A stretch of DNA of 58,579 nt, filler included, from Dugesia japonica (taxonomy: Eukaryota): assembly GCA_001938525.1 (NCBI GenBank). It is 5 parts of 5 records of this genome, joined end to end, with 100 filler letters (N's around TTAATTAATTAA, not from the genome) between each part and the next. Parts side by side here need not be neighbours in the genome. Positions count along the whole stretch, not along the records: positions 33,487 to 48,055 come from MQRL01606549.1; positions 48,156 to 58,579 come from MQRL01627354.1; 3 more parts are not named here. One strand, written 5' to 3'. Position numbers and translations under genes: made by a program. Of this stretch, positions 37,490 through 50,591 are shown piece after piece. The first letter of the stretch is position 1, and each line of letters begins with the position of its first letter. The notes beneath the pieces were generated by a model. It was not told where the DNA came from, did no database searches, and saw only the letters and a program-made list of their open reading frames with translations.

Positions 37490-39530
37490 ATTGTATGTAG
37501 AATGTTGTAGTACTCTAATACAAAGAAAGTAGTCAAATGTTAGACTTTTAATAAAAAACCAACAATATGTTTTGGTTGTGGAAAGGTGGGACACATTAGA
37601 AGGTTATGTCAAGAACTGAGGTGTAAAAAATTTGGATATCGTGGACATAAGACCAAAGAGTGTTACACAAAAAAACCGAGAAATTTGTGAATATTGAAAG
37701 GCCAAGAAACCCATGTAATGTTTAGAGCCATTCATTGATAAGTGAAGTGAGTGATTATCCTCAAGGGGTAGAAAAGTGGGATCATATTGGAAAAGTTATA
37801 AAAAATAGTACTCAGGTTCTAAAAGAGGAAAGATTTTACGGATGATAGAAAAGTGTAATGGGTTGGAATAATTGAAACAGAACGGAAAACAAATATTTCG
37901 TACCATAAATTACAAAGCAGATCACGTGTCACTGTATTAATAAAGTTGAATATCTTTTAGACACAGGGGGTCGAATTAACGTTATGCGTTTGTTATTTGA
38001 ATAATTTACGAGATCTGCATTTAGAAATGAGCGATGAAAGATTGCATTGTGCAAACGATAGTACACTTGAAATTCATGAGAAAATTAGAACTAGAGTGAC
38101 AATTGATGACATTTGCAAAGTGGCTACTTTCTTAGTTGCAGAAAGAGTGACACCAGATCTAATAAGAGAAATAGATATGCAGAAGACCTTTGGATACCAG
38201 CTTGTACGGAAATTGAACAGTAAAACTAATGAAAAGTCTACAATAACATTTATAATATTGAAACAGAATTTCGAAGGCAAATAAAAAGGAAGAGCGATTG
38301 AAAAGAGTTTTAAGTATTCTGAAGATTAAAGACAATGAACAATTATTAAAGATAATTGAAAATAAAGAAGCTGTTTTCATGGAAGATTAATTAGATAAAT
38401 CTGATAAAACACAAAATAATCACAAATGGAGAACCAATCAACGTTAATTCGTGTAGATAACCAATGCATTTAGAAACTAAAATTGAAGAGGCTATCCAGA
38501 ATCTGTTTGAGAATAATATTATCCGGAAATGGAACTCACTATAAAATACTCCACTGATTTGTGTTTGTAAAAAGGAAACTAAAGACACAAAGAATATGTT
38601 TGAATTTCAGGCAATTGAATGCAGTAACGAAAAGACAAAACATTCCGATATCTAACATTGATGAAATGCTGGAAAAGTTAGATTAAGCAAATTTTTTCAG
38701 TTCAATAGATATGGGAAATGCGTATTATCAGGTAGAACTCGGAGAAGAATCTCAAGAAAAAAAGGCATTTTCAACAGAACACAGATAATATTGTTTTAAT
38801 AGAATGCTTTTAAGGATCGCAGCGACACCGGGAACATTTCAGGCGGTGATGACAAAATTGGTTGGCAAAATTAATGGAGCCATAGTATATCTTGATGACA
38901 TCCTGATATTTATGAACAATAAAGATAAACAATATGAAGTAATTGAAAGAGTATTGACGGAAATAATAAAAGCTGGTTTAAGAATTAATCTAGAGAAGTG
39001 TCAGTTTCTACAAAGCGACATCAAATTTCTTGGGCACATAATTAGCAGAGATGGTGTTAAAACTGATCCGTCTAAAATAGAAGCAATAAGAACATTTGGC
39101 TAATTACTACAGGAAATTTATAGAAAACTACGCAAGAAACTTTACAGACAAGACGAAGAAACAATACGAAAAACTATTTTTGAGCAGGGGACTTTGAGAT
39201 TTTGTTGTCCAAGAGAAATAAGGTTAGATTGTTGGAAAGCCTTTGAATTCAAAGTTATGAAAGAGTTTGCACAGAAGTTAGACTTTAAGCTGTGCTTTTA
39301 GAGTACTTATCATTACAATGCAAATTGAAAAATTGAAAGACAGTTCACGAAAGTTTGAGATTTGATTAATTCAACACTTCAGGAGAGAAAGACAACAGAT
39401 TGAGCAGATTTTTTACCGGAAATAGAATTTACAATGAACGCGGCAAAGCAGAGATGACTGGAAAGAGTCTCGCTGAGATTTTATTTGAAAAGAAAATTAG
39501 TCGAGAAAATTAGTACAAGTCAGAAGTGAC
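37490..39530 (+). mobile_element. Degenerate Ty3/Gypsy element (gag knuckles, protease, RT, integrase fragment)
   Basis: CFGCGKVGHIRRLC at ~37568, LDTG, VYLDDILIF, KCQF..FLGH, and integrase-like YHYNAN..IERQ at ~39308. Confidence 0.9.
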
Positions 39531-39539
39531 TACTAATAG

Positions 39540-40711
39540 TAACTACTAGATAAGGTCTTACACCATCTATCATCTGACTTTTAGATTCTTTTCTAATACC
39601 ATTCTGGTGGCTTGGACTGGAAAAACTCGAGAACGCCACTTTCGAAATCTGCTACTGAATTAAATTTCTTGTCAATCAGAAATTGTCTCATCAAACGGAA
39701 TAAGTGATAATCTGATGTAGCTAAATCTGAGCTATAAGTTGGATGAGGTAGTCTTTCGATTCCATTGATCTTTTCTAACTTAAACTTTAACACTTTAGAG
39801 TTATGATCTGGAGCATTATCATGCTGCAAATATACCAGTTTTCTATTGAGTAAAGCTGGATAACAAGTGGCTAGAACATCATAAAGTCGTTCTAATTGTT
39901 CAACATACAGGTTTACATACAAAGCCCGGCCTTCTGAAATTAACTCCCATAATACAGAACCCTCAAAATTCCATCATATGGATAACATCACCTTGTGTTC
40001 GAACCTTCGCTTTTTAGCTACCGATAATGCTTTCTTATCTGACTGAAGTCACTGCCTTTTGATAAAAGAGTTTTTGAGACATATCCACTTTTCATCGCCA
40101 GTTATGATTCATCTCCAGAACCTGTCATCTTTAAGATTATCCAACCATTTCTTGCAAATCTTTTCTCTTCTTTGTGTTTGTTGATCAGAAAGTACATGGC
40201 AAACAAATCTAGGTTTCTTATTTGCAAAACCAAGTTCGTGAAGGTGTCGAACAATGGTTGATTGAGACGTCCCAAGTTGAGTTGCCAGTATGCGAGTGCT
40301 GGTGTCTGGCCTTTGTTGAATACCTTGCAACAAAGCTTCATTTATCAGGACCGATGGCCTTCCAGAACGTGATTTGTCATGCAGACTGATATGGCCTTCA
40401 TTAAATCCACGAAACCATTCTCCTACGGTTGCTTTTGAGACTATCCCATGATCTTCAATTTTGCATATTTTGGTGGCTGTTGCTCTTACGCTTAGACCAT
40501 GTTTCCAATAATGACGCAGAATACCGTGAATTATGATTTTTTGTCTGCCATTTTGTGAGATTTTATGCTAAATATTTTTTTGAAATTAAATCTATAATAA
40601 CTGATTTACTATATAAAAATAGATAATACAATTTTTTTAAAATAACGCTGCTTTTTTTAATTAAAATAAATAAAATACAAAGTCTCCAGGAACTTTTGAC
40701 CCAACCTAGTA
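39540..40711 (-). mobile_element. Mariner (DD34D) transposon, near full-length pseudogenised transposase with 5' TIR
   Basis: TIR TA-CTAGGTTGGGTCAAAAGTTCC at 40711; ATG at 40551; WFRGF..RSGRP, ITGDEKW, LQHDNAPDH and HPTYSSDLATSDYHLF. Several stops; no 3' TIR seen. Confidence 0.93.
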
Positions 40712-43700
40712 TATATATATAGAATCACTAGTTTCCGTATTACATATTTTGAGTTTAAAATGATTTTAAAATATCGTACAATCCAAAAATATGTCTGGTT
40801 ATATGAATGACCTTATATGTATCCTAATATCGTTAGTATATATAACTTATATTTTTTTAAATAAACTATATGGTCAGCTATTTAATCAAAAGTAAAATTA
40901 CTTTTAAATAATATTATTATATCAAAAAAAACTGTTATTGCAAGTAATGAGTTAATATTTTTATTGCTGAGTGACAACTCTTGTAAATTTAAGCTCTTTT
41001 TGCAATGTTAAAAATAGATGAATTGGACTAATTAAAATTTCCAAATCACACAATTAAATGAAAATTTCTAGAATTCTTAAATAAATTTCAAAATATGGAA
41101 ATCCCATATCAAAATATTTCCATAAATCATTTTACAATTCATAATTTAATCAATAAATCGTTAATAATCGAACCATTTTGTATTCTGTAATCGATAAATT
41201 AGAAAATGACAAAAATAAAATAATAGTGATCAAATAAAAAAATATATACAATGATCAAGATTTGCTTCACAATAGTCAAGGAATTAATCATATCAGATAG
41301 ATAGTTAATCAAATTTATTCTGATGTGGTTTTGAAATGACCATTGAGCAAAATTCAAATCATTAGATCACATAAAAACAGATATCAGATTCAGTTGATAT
41401 ATTTGGTGGGGATTGATCAGTTAACGGGGACATTCTGCTCTGAATTTGAATGATTGGATTGATGTATTTTTGTGTGTTTGTTGTATTTGTGTATTTAATA
41501 TTGGGTTTCGTTTGCCTTAACACACTATTGAATAGGTTTTCTCAGTTTTCTTTCATAGTGTATTCATGGCTTACCCAGTAGAACTCGTGAAGACTTAGAT
41601 CTGGTGCCGTTGTCCAAACATTAGGAATGGAGCCAGTGACTCACTTCATGCTGAGTGTTTAGAAGCATTTCCTTCATCCGGGTTATTTCACTTATAATAC
41701 TTGTTTTCGATATTGCAATCGTTTACTCAATCTCCTTGGTAAATATACAGTTATGTTAACTGTTATTTATCTCTCTTTGGCTCAGGTAATAACTTAACTG
41801 ATTCGCATTCCATTATCAATTCCCGCCTCATTAATATCACAAGCATTTTCATTTTAATACTCGGTAATCTTCATTCTCGTAATATTAATTACTCATTTCA
41901 TCAATAATGTTAAGGGTATGATAATCTAATTTATCATAGTTAAAATTGTTGTAACTACTACCTTATCATTAAAAATGTTAAAGGATTATTTATTATCATT
42001 ATTAATAGTTGGGAATTGAAAAATCAATTAAACTTGGAAACTTACAGATTAATTAGAAAACATCGGAATTAATATAAATGCTATTCAATAGTATACAATT
42101 AACTAGCATAGATTATAACAGTCGAAAATCAACAGACAATACATTGACTACTGCTGCTGTTGCTGACGAATATACTGAAACCAGCACTGAAAAAACAGAA
42201 GAAATAATTAATAATATTTATGCATGTTTATACTGGGAAAAGTACGCATAAGTAAGTACACATAGGGGGGGGTCGATCGAGATGCAACTGGAGTATGGAA
42301 GGTGTTTCAAAATCTAGAGGTTATTGTGTAAATAATAATATTATACAAATAGATGACTCTTAATTTTGGTAGGACGCCAATAATACTAAAATTTTTAAAA
42401 TATTTATTATATAAATCAATGCCTGAAACTGTTACCTTCTAGTTTGTAAATAAAGAGTTTTCGATTAAAAGTATAAGCCAAGAAACTTAATTGAGAAAGA
42501 AGTTCTTCATCCACACTGTCATTTAAACTTAATACAAATCCACGTCATATCTCATCTTTGTAAGATATTGCCATCGGTTGGTTATAATACAAGAATACAG
42601 GCGGCTTTGTCAAATAATTAAACATTTAAAGACCTCCGAAATACGGAACTAGTTTAGTATAATCAACTTCATTGTCACCCAGCGTAATAAATTTTATATA
42701 GAGATTTGATGGTTTATTATCAAATAAATTTCTTGAAATTTAATTTTGGATACTATTTTTAACATTTTTAAATTTTTTATCATTCAAATTTAAAATCATA
42801 AATAATAAATATAATTTATTGTTAGAACACTAACATTCGTGTTAAATGGCGCAGTCAAAATTAAGCTTGTGAAAAATAATTTATAGGATTTCAGACTCCT
42901 TGCTATAAATATAGGAATAATTCAGATAAAACGAAAATAATAATCAATTATTACGTATAGAGAAATAATTTAATACATATCATGTGTTACCAAAAATAAA
43001 TTTCGTTTAATTAAAAATTTATTCTGTGCAATTGCAGGAAATTTCGCTACAGTTCCAATTAAACAAATATTTTTCAAGAAAATTAAACGTAAATATTAAA
43101 TACTTCAGTTATTTTTCATAACTATTGCCATTTGTTCCGATATTGTTACATAAAACAATGCAAATTATAAATAATCGACTTGGTCTTAATAAAACAAGTA
43201 ATTGTCAGTTGTGTAAAAACACTAATTAATACAAATATCCGATTTTAACAGCCTGTTTTGATGTAATTTGAAAAAGTGTACTTCTAGGACTGTTCATATA
43301 TTAAGTTAACAATGAGGGGAGGGTACTTGGATTTAGGGGAGAGGTCTCAACTGAATGCATACGTATGTATAAATTTTAAAATATTGGGTTTTTAAATAAA
43401 ATTCAAACAATCTGCTGAAAAGTAGTGCAAAATTACTTTGGTATAAATTTCATTGGATTAAAAGCTTCAATCAAATTGTTGTTTTTTATATTGTCTTTTC
43501 AGGATTATGAAGAGAATAGCCAAAAATTTGAAATACTAAACTGAAAAATAATAGAAAATATAAAAAAAACATTTTGATCGAAGCTTTTAATTGAATGAAA
43601 TATTGGGATAATTTCGATGAAATCGCTGAACATTTATTTTTTCATATTTTACTTTAACATATTCTTAGTAAATATATATTCATATTGTATTAAAATGAAG

Positions 43701-44207
43701 ATTTCTAACCATGTAAATGTAAATAATCGTAGGTGTTAAATATCCGATCTGAAATCTATATTGTAACAAAATATCCAGAATAAATAGAAACCTGGAAATT
43801 CTAATTTTAATTTAGCTAAATATCGATTTCTCAAACATGGATCAGATAGAGAATCTAATTTGTATATGCAGACATGGAGTCCAGAAAACGTGCGGGGTGC
43901 AACAAGGGAGGGGGCATTAAGACATGAAATTTTATTCGTTCGTAATGTATGAATGCCTCCTCGGATAAAATACCTAAAGCTCCGACAAATAAAATAATTT
44001 GTATATTTATGATTTAACCTATGAAAACTTGTTAAATAGAATTTCAAAAAAATTGTATAACATCTTATCATCCATGGAATCTTGATAAATAATCACAGTT
44101 ACAAGCAAAGAAAAAATAACATGTACACATGAAACGATATTAAATCGAATTAAAAATAAATTCATGTGAATTTATACACCACCAAACAACACAAAAAATC
44201 GATTTTA

Positions 44208-44444
44208 TTATAAGTCATTATTTCGATCAAGATGTTTTGGTGCATCGGCAAATAAACTCTGCCATTTGAATGCGTCTGCTAGAATTACATTCATGTCTTC
44301 ATCAGTCCAATGAAATGTGGGTAAATTCTGCAACAATAACATTAGACCTTGGAAATCTTTTTCACGTTTCAAATCGGCCGCAAATCTTAGCATGAATGCT
44401 GCACAAACGTAAACGTGAAATTCTGAAAAGAAATTTGGCACCGA
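44208..44444 (-). CDS. TBC1D22: TBC1 domain family member 22 (Rab-GAP), terminal exon
   Basis: FSEFHVYVCAAF..EKDFQGLMLLLQNLPTFHWTDED..LADAF..FADAPKH is the conserved TBC1D22A/B C-terminus. Acceptor ttttag|TCG. Confidence 0.92.
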   Translation of the reverse strand, partial: SVPNFFSEFHVYVCAAFMLRFAADLKREKDFQGLMLLLQNLPTFHWTDEDMNVILADAFKWQSLFADAPKHLDRNNDL

Positions 44445-45659
44445 CTAAAAAAAGATAAATCCAAGTTAAAATTAGAAACTAATTTAAATCTGGCAAAAAT
44501 AATTCTCCAATATGTAAATTTAGATTTCATTGATTTACACTAAAATTTAAAAATACAAATATTAATTTGTGCAAAGCATTAAAATTTTTGGATAAAAATA
44601 CATGAAACTCTTTTTCACAGATATAAAGTTGTACGAATGTACTTTAATACACTTATTTTTTGGCTTAATTAAGAAATATTATGTAAAAAGGTAACAGGAC
44701 TATTTTAATAATGGATTAAATCAGTGTTTGCTAACCTTTTTTTAATCTATACCCCACCTAATCTTCTATAAAATTCAAATTCCCTCGTTGTGGGACCCAT
44801 GCGCAACATTAAGAAACACTGGCCTAGAAAGTTAAACAAATAATTCGTCTATCTTGTCTATCTATGAGGCTACTCTGCAACAGGACGCAGAAGTTATTAT
44901 ATTTTAGGCATAGAAAACTCTAGTAGCGACTGAGAGGGTATAAAAAACTTAAACTTAAAAACAATGGTTCTCGACCTTACTAATTACTCTTTAATGTAGC
45001 TTTTTATGTTGTGATGACCTCAAACAAAAAATATTTTCTTTGCCCCTTTATAACAGTAATTTTGCTACTTTAATGAACTGGAATATAAATATCTGATATA
45101 CTACATTAACCGTGTTACGTACTTATAACTCTAATCTTATAAAACTATTGCAAATTATTTTTTGGGAAGATGTCGCTACAGACTCATTTGAAGGTAATTG
45201 TGTTGCCAGTTAAAATATTCCAGCAAGTACTACCAATAGCAGGGCAATAAAAGTCGCGTACCCCAAATGGGGATCATGGCAGGAAACGGGTTAAAGGCAT
45301 GATCGAAATATACCTTCTTTTGCATCACATCAAATAATTTCGCAATATTTTCATTAGTTTGATTAAATAATTTGCTATTTATCCACTGTTTTTTAATTAT
45401 TATTTACGAATAATTTTAAGGTTTTTGCAATTTCCTTTGGTGTAATTTTGTCCTTTAGCATGTATATTAAAACAACTAAAATTTCTTTACTCAGCACTTA
45501 ATTAGACTTTTTAGGATTTAACATTCTTTTCTTTTAATTTCTTCAATATCCATTGCGCCATTAAATACAATAACGACTAAAAAACTTTCTTTTAATTTTG
45601 GTATATTTTCTACTAATTTTGGAATAATGGTATATAGGTACATTATTATTAGGAACGTT

Positions 45660-46950
45660 GAGTAACATGTATGCTTCATGAGGATTTAATGGAAGCATAT
45701 GTAAAGACATTGAAGAAAGCTGATGGATATCGAGAGAGATTGCGTTTAGCTTTTGAGAACAAGAGAGACATAATAAAAGATTTACAGAATTTCGTTAGCT
45801 ATTAACGTGGTGATGAAGAACTTGGGGTGTTTTTTAATAAAATGGAAGATTTGGTCGATAAATTTTTAGCAAATGAAGAGTTGACGAAAGAAAAACTTAT
45901 AAAAAATGCTAATAATTTGTGCAAATAGTAAAAAGGCAGAAGAAGTGATTATAATGCGAAAATTGGAGAAAGTAGAAGACATAAAAGAAACGTTATCTCC
46001 ACCACATCTAATTGGTGGAGTGGAATTTCAGAATACTTTTGGGTATCATCTTCAGAAAAAGTGCAAAGTAGACATTAATAATCATCGAGGAAGATTTGCT
46101 TGCAGCATCAAGGCAAAATTTGGAAGGCAGATACCGACAGGTGAACGATTGAGACATGCAATGGAGATTCTAGATATAAAAAAAGATCATAAATTGGCTG
46201 CGATTATTCAGAATAATGAGGATGTTTTTATGGTGGATAAATGGGACACTGGATGTACACACTTAATGAAGCATCGAATAATCACTAAAGAGGTCCAATC
46301 AACATAAAACCGTATCGCAAACCAATGAATCTAGAGAAGATTGAAGAGGCCATCAAGAATCTATATGATAATGGTATCATCCGGAAGTGTAATTCACAAT
46401 GGAATACGCCATTAATCTGTGTTTGGAAAAAGGAAATACGATTATGTTTAGACTTTAGANAGTTCAATGCAATAACAAAAATACAAGCGTTTCCTATGNN
46501 AAACGTGGACGAAATGCTAGATGCTTTGGAAGGTACGCAGTATTTTAGCTCAATAGACTTGGGAAATACATACTACCAAGTGCAACTCAGTGAAGATTCT
46601 CAAGAAAAGACCGCTTTTTCGACCAAACAAGGGCAATTTTGTTTCAAAAGAATGCCTTTTGGAATTGCAGCAGCACCAGGTACGTTCCAGGAAATGATGA
46701 ATAAAGTAATCGGAAAAATAAAAGAAGTAATGGTTTATCTAGATGATATTCTCATATTTACCGAAATAAAGGAGCAACACTATGAAATAATCAATAGAGT
46801 ATTAACAGAAATTAAGAAGGCTGGTCTTAGAGTTATCCGGAAAAATGCCAATTCATGCGAAAGGAGATCAAATTTTTGGGACACGTTATCAGAAAAGAAG
46901 GTGTCAAAACAGATCCAACTAAAATAGAAGCAATTAAGAACTTCGGTAAA
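45660..46950 (+). mobile_element. Internally deleted Ty3/Gypsy element (gag and RT)
   Basis: gag similar to 55200-55520; RLCLDFR, FSSIDL, RMPFGIAAAPGTFQ and VYLDDILIF. Confidence 0.92.
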
Positions 46951-48055
46951 CCATTATTTTAAATTATTACCTTTTAAACGTATAAAACATTGTATCATTA
47001 CATTAGATGTTTATAGGAATATGTTTAGGAGTGTGGATATCATTTAACTCAAAGAAGCGCTTATAAATGGAAATATAAAACAAAAAGCATAACGGATTTA
47101 TGCATAACTACGCATGTTAGATTCTGTTCTATTTTATCAAAAAAAAAAAATTTCGTTTTTCTAACGAATTTTTATGGAATGTATATACCGTGCAAAAATA
47201 GTTGGGTGTATATTAAGATCTGACAAAAATCTATTTTAAAAAAGAGTATAACTTTCCTAACACTGTTTTTGATTTAAAAAATCTATAGATCACAATAAAA
47301 ATTAGAATGACTTATAAAAACGAGATTTTTTCTGTAATTAAAATTATATTAAAGAAATAAAAATTGATTAGTTTAAAATATTTTTGTTATTAAACCATAA
47401 AATCATGTGTAGAAATAAATATCAATAAAAAATAGAAATTATATTGAAAAAAACGTTTCAAGTTATTAACCACATTGCTTTTTTAATGAGTAACAAATTA
47501 TTAAAGTAATAATAATTTCAATCGAAAAATATTTATTTTCAGCACAAATCACATACATTAAGTTTACATTTAATTATTCAATAGAATTTTATGTTAATTT
47601 ATAAAATCAATAGTATTGATGTTATATTTTCATTCAAAACAAAAAATACTATTTTAAACTGACAGGTTAGTTTGACATTTAATATTAAAGAAATTTAATA
47701 ACATTGCATATTTAAAATATTTTTCTTGCTGATTAAAAATAACAAATTGTTTTCACAAAATTCAAGAATTTGTAAATTAAAAGAGTAATTTTTAGAAATC
47801 GATAATAAAATTTTTTAAATCTTTCAATTAAAAATACATAAGTTGACAAATCATTTGGCTTGAATTAGAATTTCACCTCTAAAAATCCACTTATTACCGA
47901 TTATGTTATATATTAATGAATTTGTTGCATTGGAACGATGCGCTTTTAACCCTTTGTGCAATAATCACGAGTCTGACTCGTGTAAAATTAAATTTCTACT
48001 TAAATATTGAATATGAACATTTATATTTAAATGTAAGAATAATGTTATTGTAGAA

Positions 48056-48155
48056 NNNNNNNNNNNNNNNNNNNNNNNNNNNNNNNNNNNNNNNNNNNNT
48101 TAATTAATTAANNNNNNNNNNNNNNNNNNNNNNNNNNNNNNNNNNNNNNNNNNNN
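48056..48155. other. Artificial contig linker N44-TTAATTAATTAA-N44
   Basis: Identical 100-bp spacer. Confidence 0.95.
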
Positions 48156-49820
48156 AGAATTTATCGACAGCAGAATTAAAAGTACAAAGTGGATTTTCCC
48201 ATACAATCACGCTACCAGTTTACAAGTACTGGTTAATACAAAGGAAATGCCGCTAAAATGGGATGGAGTTAGTGATGAGGAACATGAAAAAGCGGTGGAT
48301 ATATGGAAAATCTTGAAATGCAAAAACATTCTGGACTATATGCTTGTGTACATGAAGTTTGACGTCTTTCTCTTAGCAGACGTTTTCAGCAATTTCGAGC
48401 TAGGTCATTAGCTCACAACCGTCTGGAACCCTTAAATCTCTTTGGCATTCAAGGTATGAGCTGGGCATCGGCTCTGATGACTTTAAACGAACCCATCAAG
48501 CTTTTGACTGATNNNNNNNNNNNNNNNNNNNNNNNNNNNNNNNNNNNNNNNNNNNNNNNNNNNNNNNNNNNNNNNNACCATGTTATGTCAGATGAAAACA
48601 CAGAGTTGTTATACATCGATATAAATAACCTGTACGGATGGGCTTTGAGCTAAAAGTTACCATACAAAGATTTAGAATGGGTATATTGAAGATTAGAAGT
48701 AGTTTTAGAAAAATGTAAACATGCAGATCTCAAGTCGTTACAATATGGATAAACTCTAGAGGTTGACATTGAGATTCCCAACGAACTTCACAATTATCTC
48801 AATGACTTACCCATTGCAGTCGAACATCAATATGCTCCAGGAAGCAAGGTCAAGAAACTAATGTTGACTCATTATTCAAAGTTCAATTATGTAGTACACT
48901 GGAGATTACTACAAATGTACTTGTAATTAGGTGTGCAAGTTACAAATGTCCACAGGGCAGTTAGATTTTTCACAAGATCATGTTTTCAAGCAATAAATCG
49001 ACGAAAACACCAAATTAAGGCCTGAAAGTGTGAATGAATTGGATAAAATTACTATAAGCTCATGAACAACAGCTTGTATGGTAAATCAGTTGAAAATNNN
49101 NNNNNNNNNNNNNNNNNNAGAATATGTAATTCAGCAAAGAAGTTATTAACCTATACCTCAAAACCAGAGTTTAAGATAACTATTAAGATCGATAAAAATT
49201 TAATAGCCGTACAATTAAATAAAGACCTTGTGTGTCTCATAAGGCCGAGTTACATAGGATAGACAGTTCTTGATTTAAGCAAATTACGAATGTATCGACT
49301 TCAATACATTGAGCTAGAGAAGTATAGAAAACAAGAAAATTGNNNNNNNNNNNNNNNNNNNNNNNNNNCCGATAGCTTTTTCTTAGAAGTTAGAAACATT
49401 AGGTTGGAAAAGTTATTACCACTGATGGTAGAAGACCAACTATTAGATACTTCAAATTACTCACCANNNNNNNNNNNNNNNNNNNNNNNNNNNNNNNNNN
49501 NNNNNNNNNNNNNNNNGGTAGGAAAGTTTAATGACGAAAATAAAGGAAGGAAATATAAAGAATGGGTTTTTCTAAGACCAAAGTGCTATAGCCTACTCAG
49601 CGAGAAGGAATCGATGAAGGCTAAAGGCAAAACATTAATAGGTACGGACATAAATCATCAGTCGTGCCTTAATTGTTACAATAACAGTCAATCGGTCTCA
49701 GTAAAACAATTTAGAATAGGAACGAATAACCACCAGTTGTACAGTTTCTTAGGACCAAAAGTCGCATTAACTAATAATGATGACAAAAGAGTGTGAATTG
49801 ACAAAAACATAAGCATTCTA
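48156..49820 (+). pseudogene. Polinton/Maverick protein-primed DNA polymerase B (lineage 1), fragmented
   Basis: FPY, YMKFDVFLLADVF (ExoIII), YIDINNLYGWALS (motif A), YYKLMNNSLYGK (motif B), DSFF, GKFNDE..LRPKCYS, KAKG and DDKR. Stops, frameshifts and gaps. Confidence 0.9.
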
Positions 49821-49909
49821 TCTTGTAATAAATAAGACTTAGATGAAAAGAAGCGCATGTACAGGTTAATTATTTTATTATTTGTAATTATTAATTTGTA
49901 CTATTAAGA

Positions 49910-50065
49910 TCCAATTTGCAATAAAGATCAAGATTGAAATAACTNNNNNNNNNNNNNNNNNNNNNNNNNGACTATGATTATTTGTGTGTTATAAACAATA
50001 CATTTTGTGTTTTGATGTCTTTTGAATTTTTCATTATTATTATTGTTGTTATTAATATTGCTCGA
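49910..50065 (+). repeat. 156-bp direct repeat, copy 1 (copy 2 at 54323-54478)
   Basis: tccaatttgcaataaagatcaag...attaatattgctcga is near identical in both places. Confidence 0.9.
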
Positions 50066-50232
50066 ATTTTAATAAACATTATTTAGAAGAAATTAAAAAT
50101 ATATACGCATGCAACTATTAATTGTTGAATCAGATCTAAAACATTATACTCTTGGAAAATTACAGTATTTGATTAGAGATAAAAATAAAGAAATAAATAA
50201 ATTGTAAGTAATATATAATATGCGTTTTACAT

Positions 50233-50510
50233 AGTAGGGAGCACCCTTTACCATACTGGATTTTAAATATAAAATGTAAGACAAACAATGAGAGATGTAA
50301 GATACACGAAATGACTTATAAAATGTAAGACAAACAATGAGAGATGTAAGATACACGAAGTGACTTATAAAATGTAAGATACACGAAGTGACTTATAAAA
50401 TGTAAGATGCACGATGTGACTTAAAAAATGTGACTTGTCCTTTTTGCGCGATAAAATACCACGCATTTAAGAGGAAACATTTAAGAGGAAACATTTAAGA
50501 GGAAATATAA
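50233..50510 (+). repeat. Putative Polinton left terminus with short tandem subrepeats
   Basis: AGTAGGGAGCACCC at 50233, then (atgtaagatacacgaagtgacttataaa)n and three copies of catttaagaggaaa upstream of pPolB. Confidence 0.5.
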
Positions 50511-50591
50511 AAAATAAAAATAAAAAGAGGAATAACATTTTATTTGCGGCCCCACTTTTAAGTGTTTGTGATTAAATTAATTCTTTACGAA

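Noticed and set aside
41200-44200. Unique-looking sequence with short ORFs downstream of TBC1D22
   Set aside because: No motifs; most simply a long 3' UTR or intergenic DNA.
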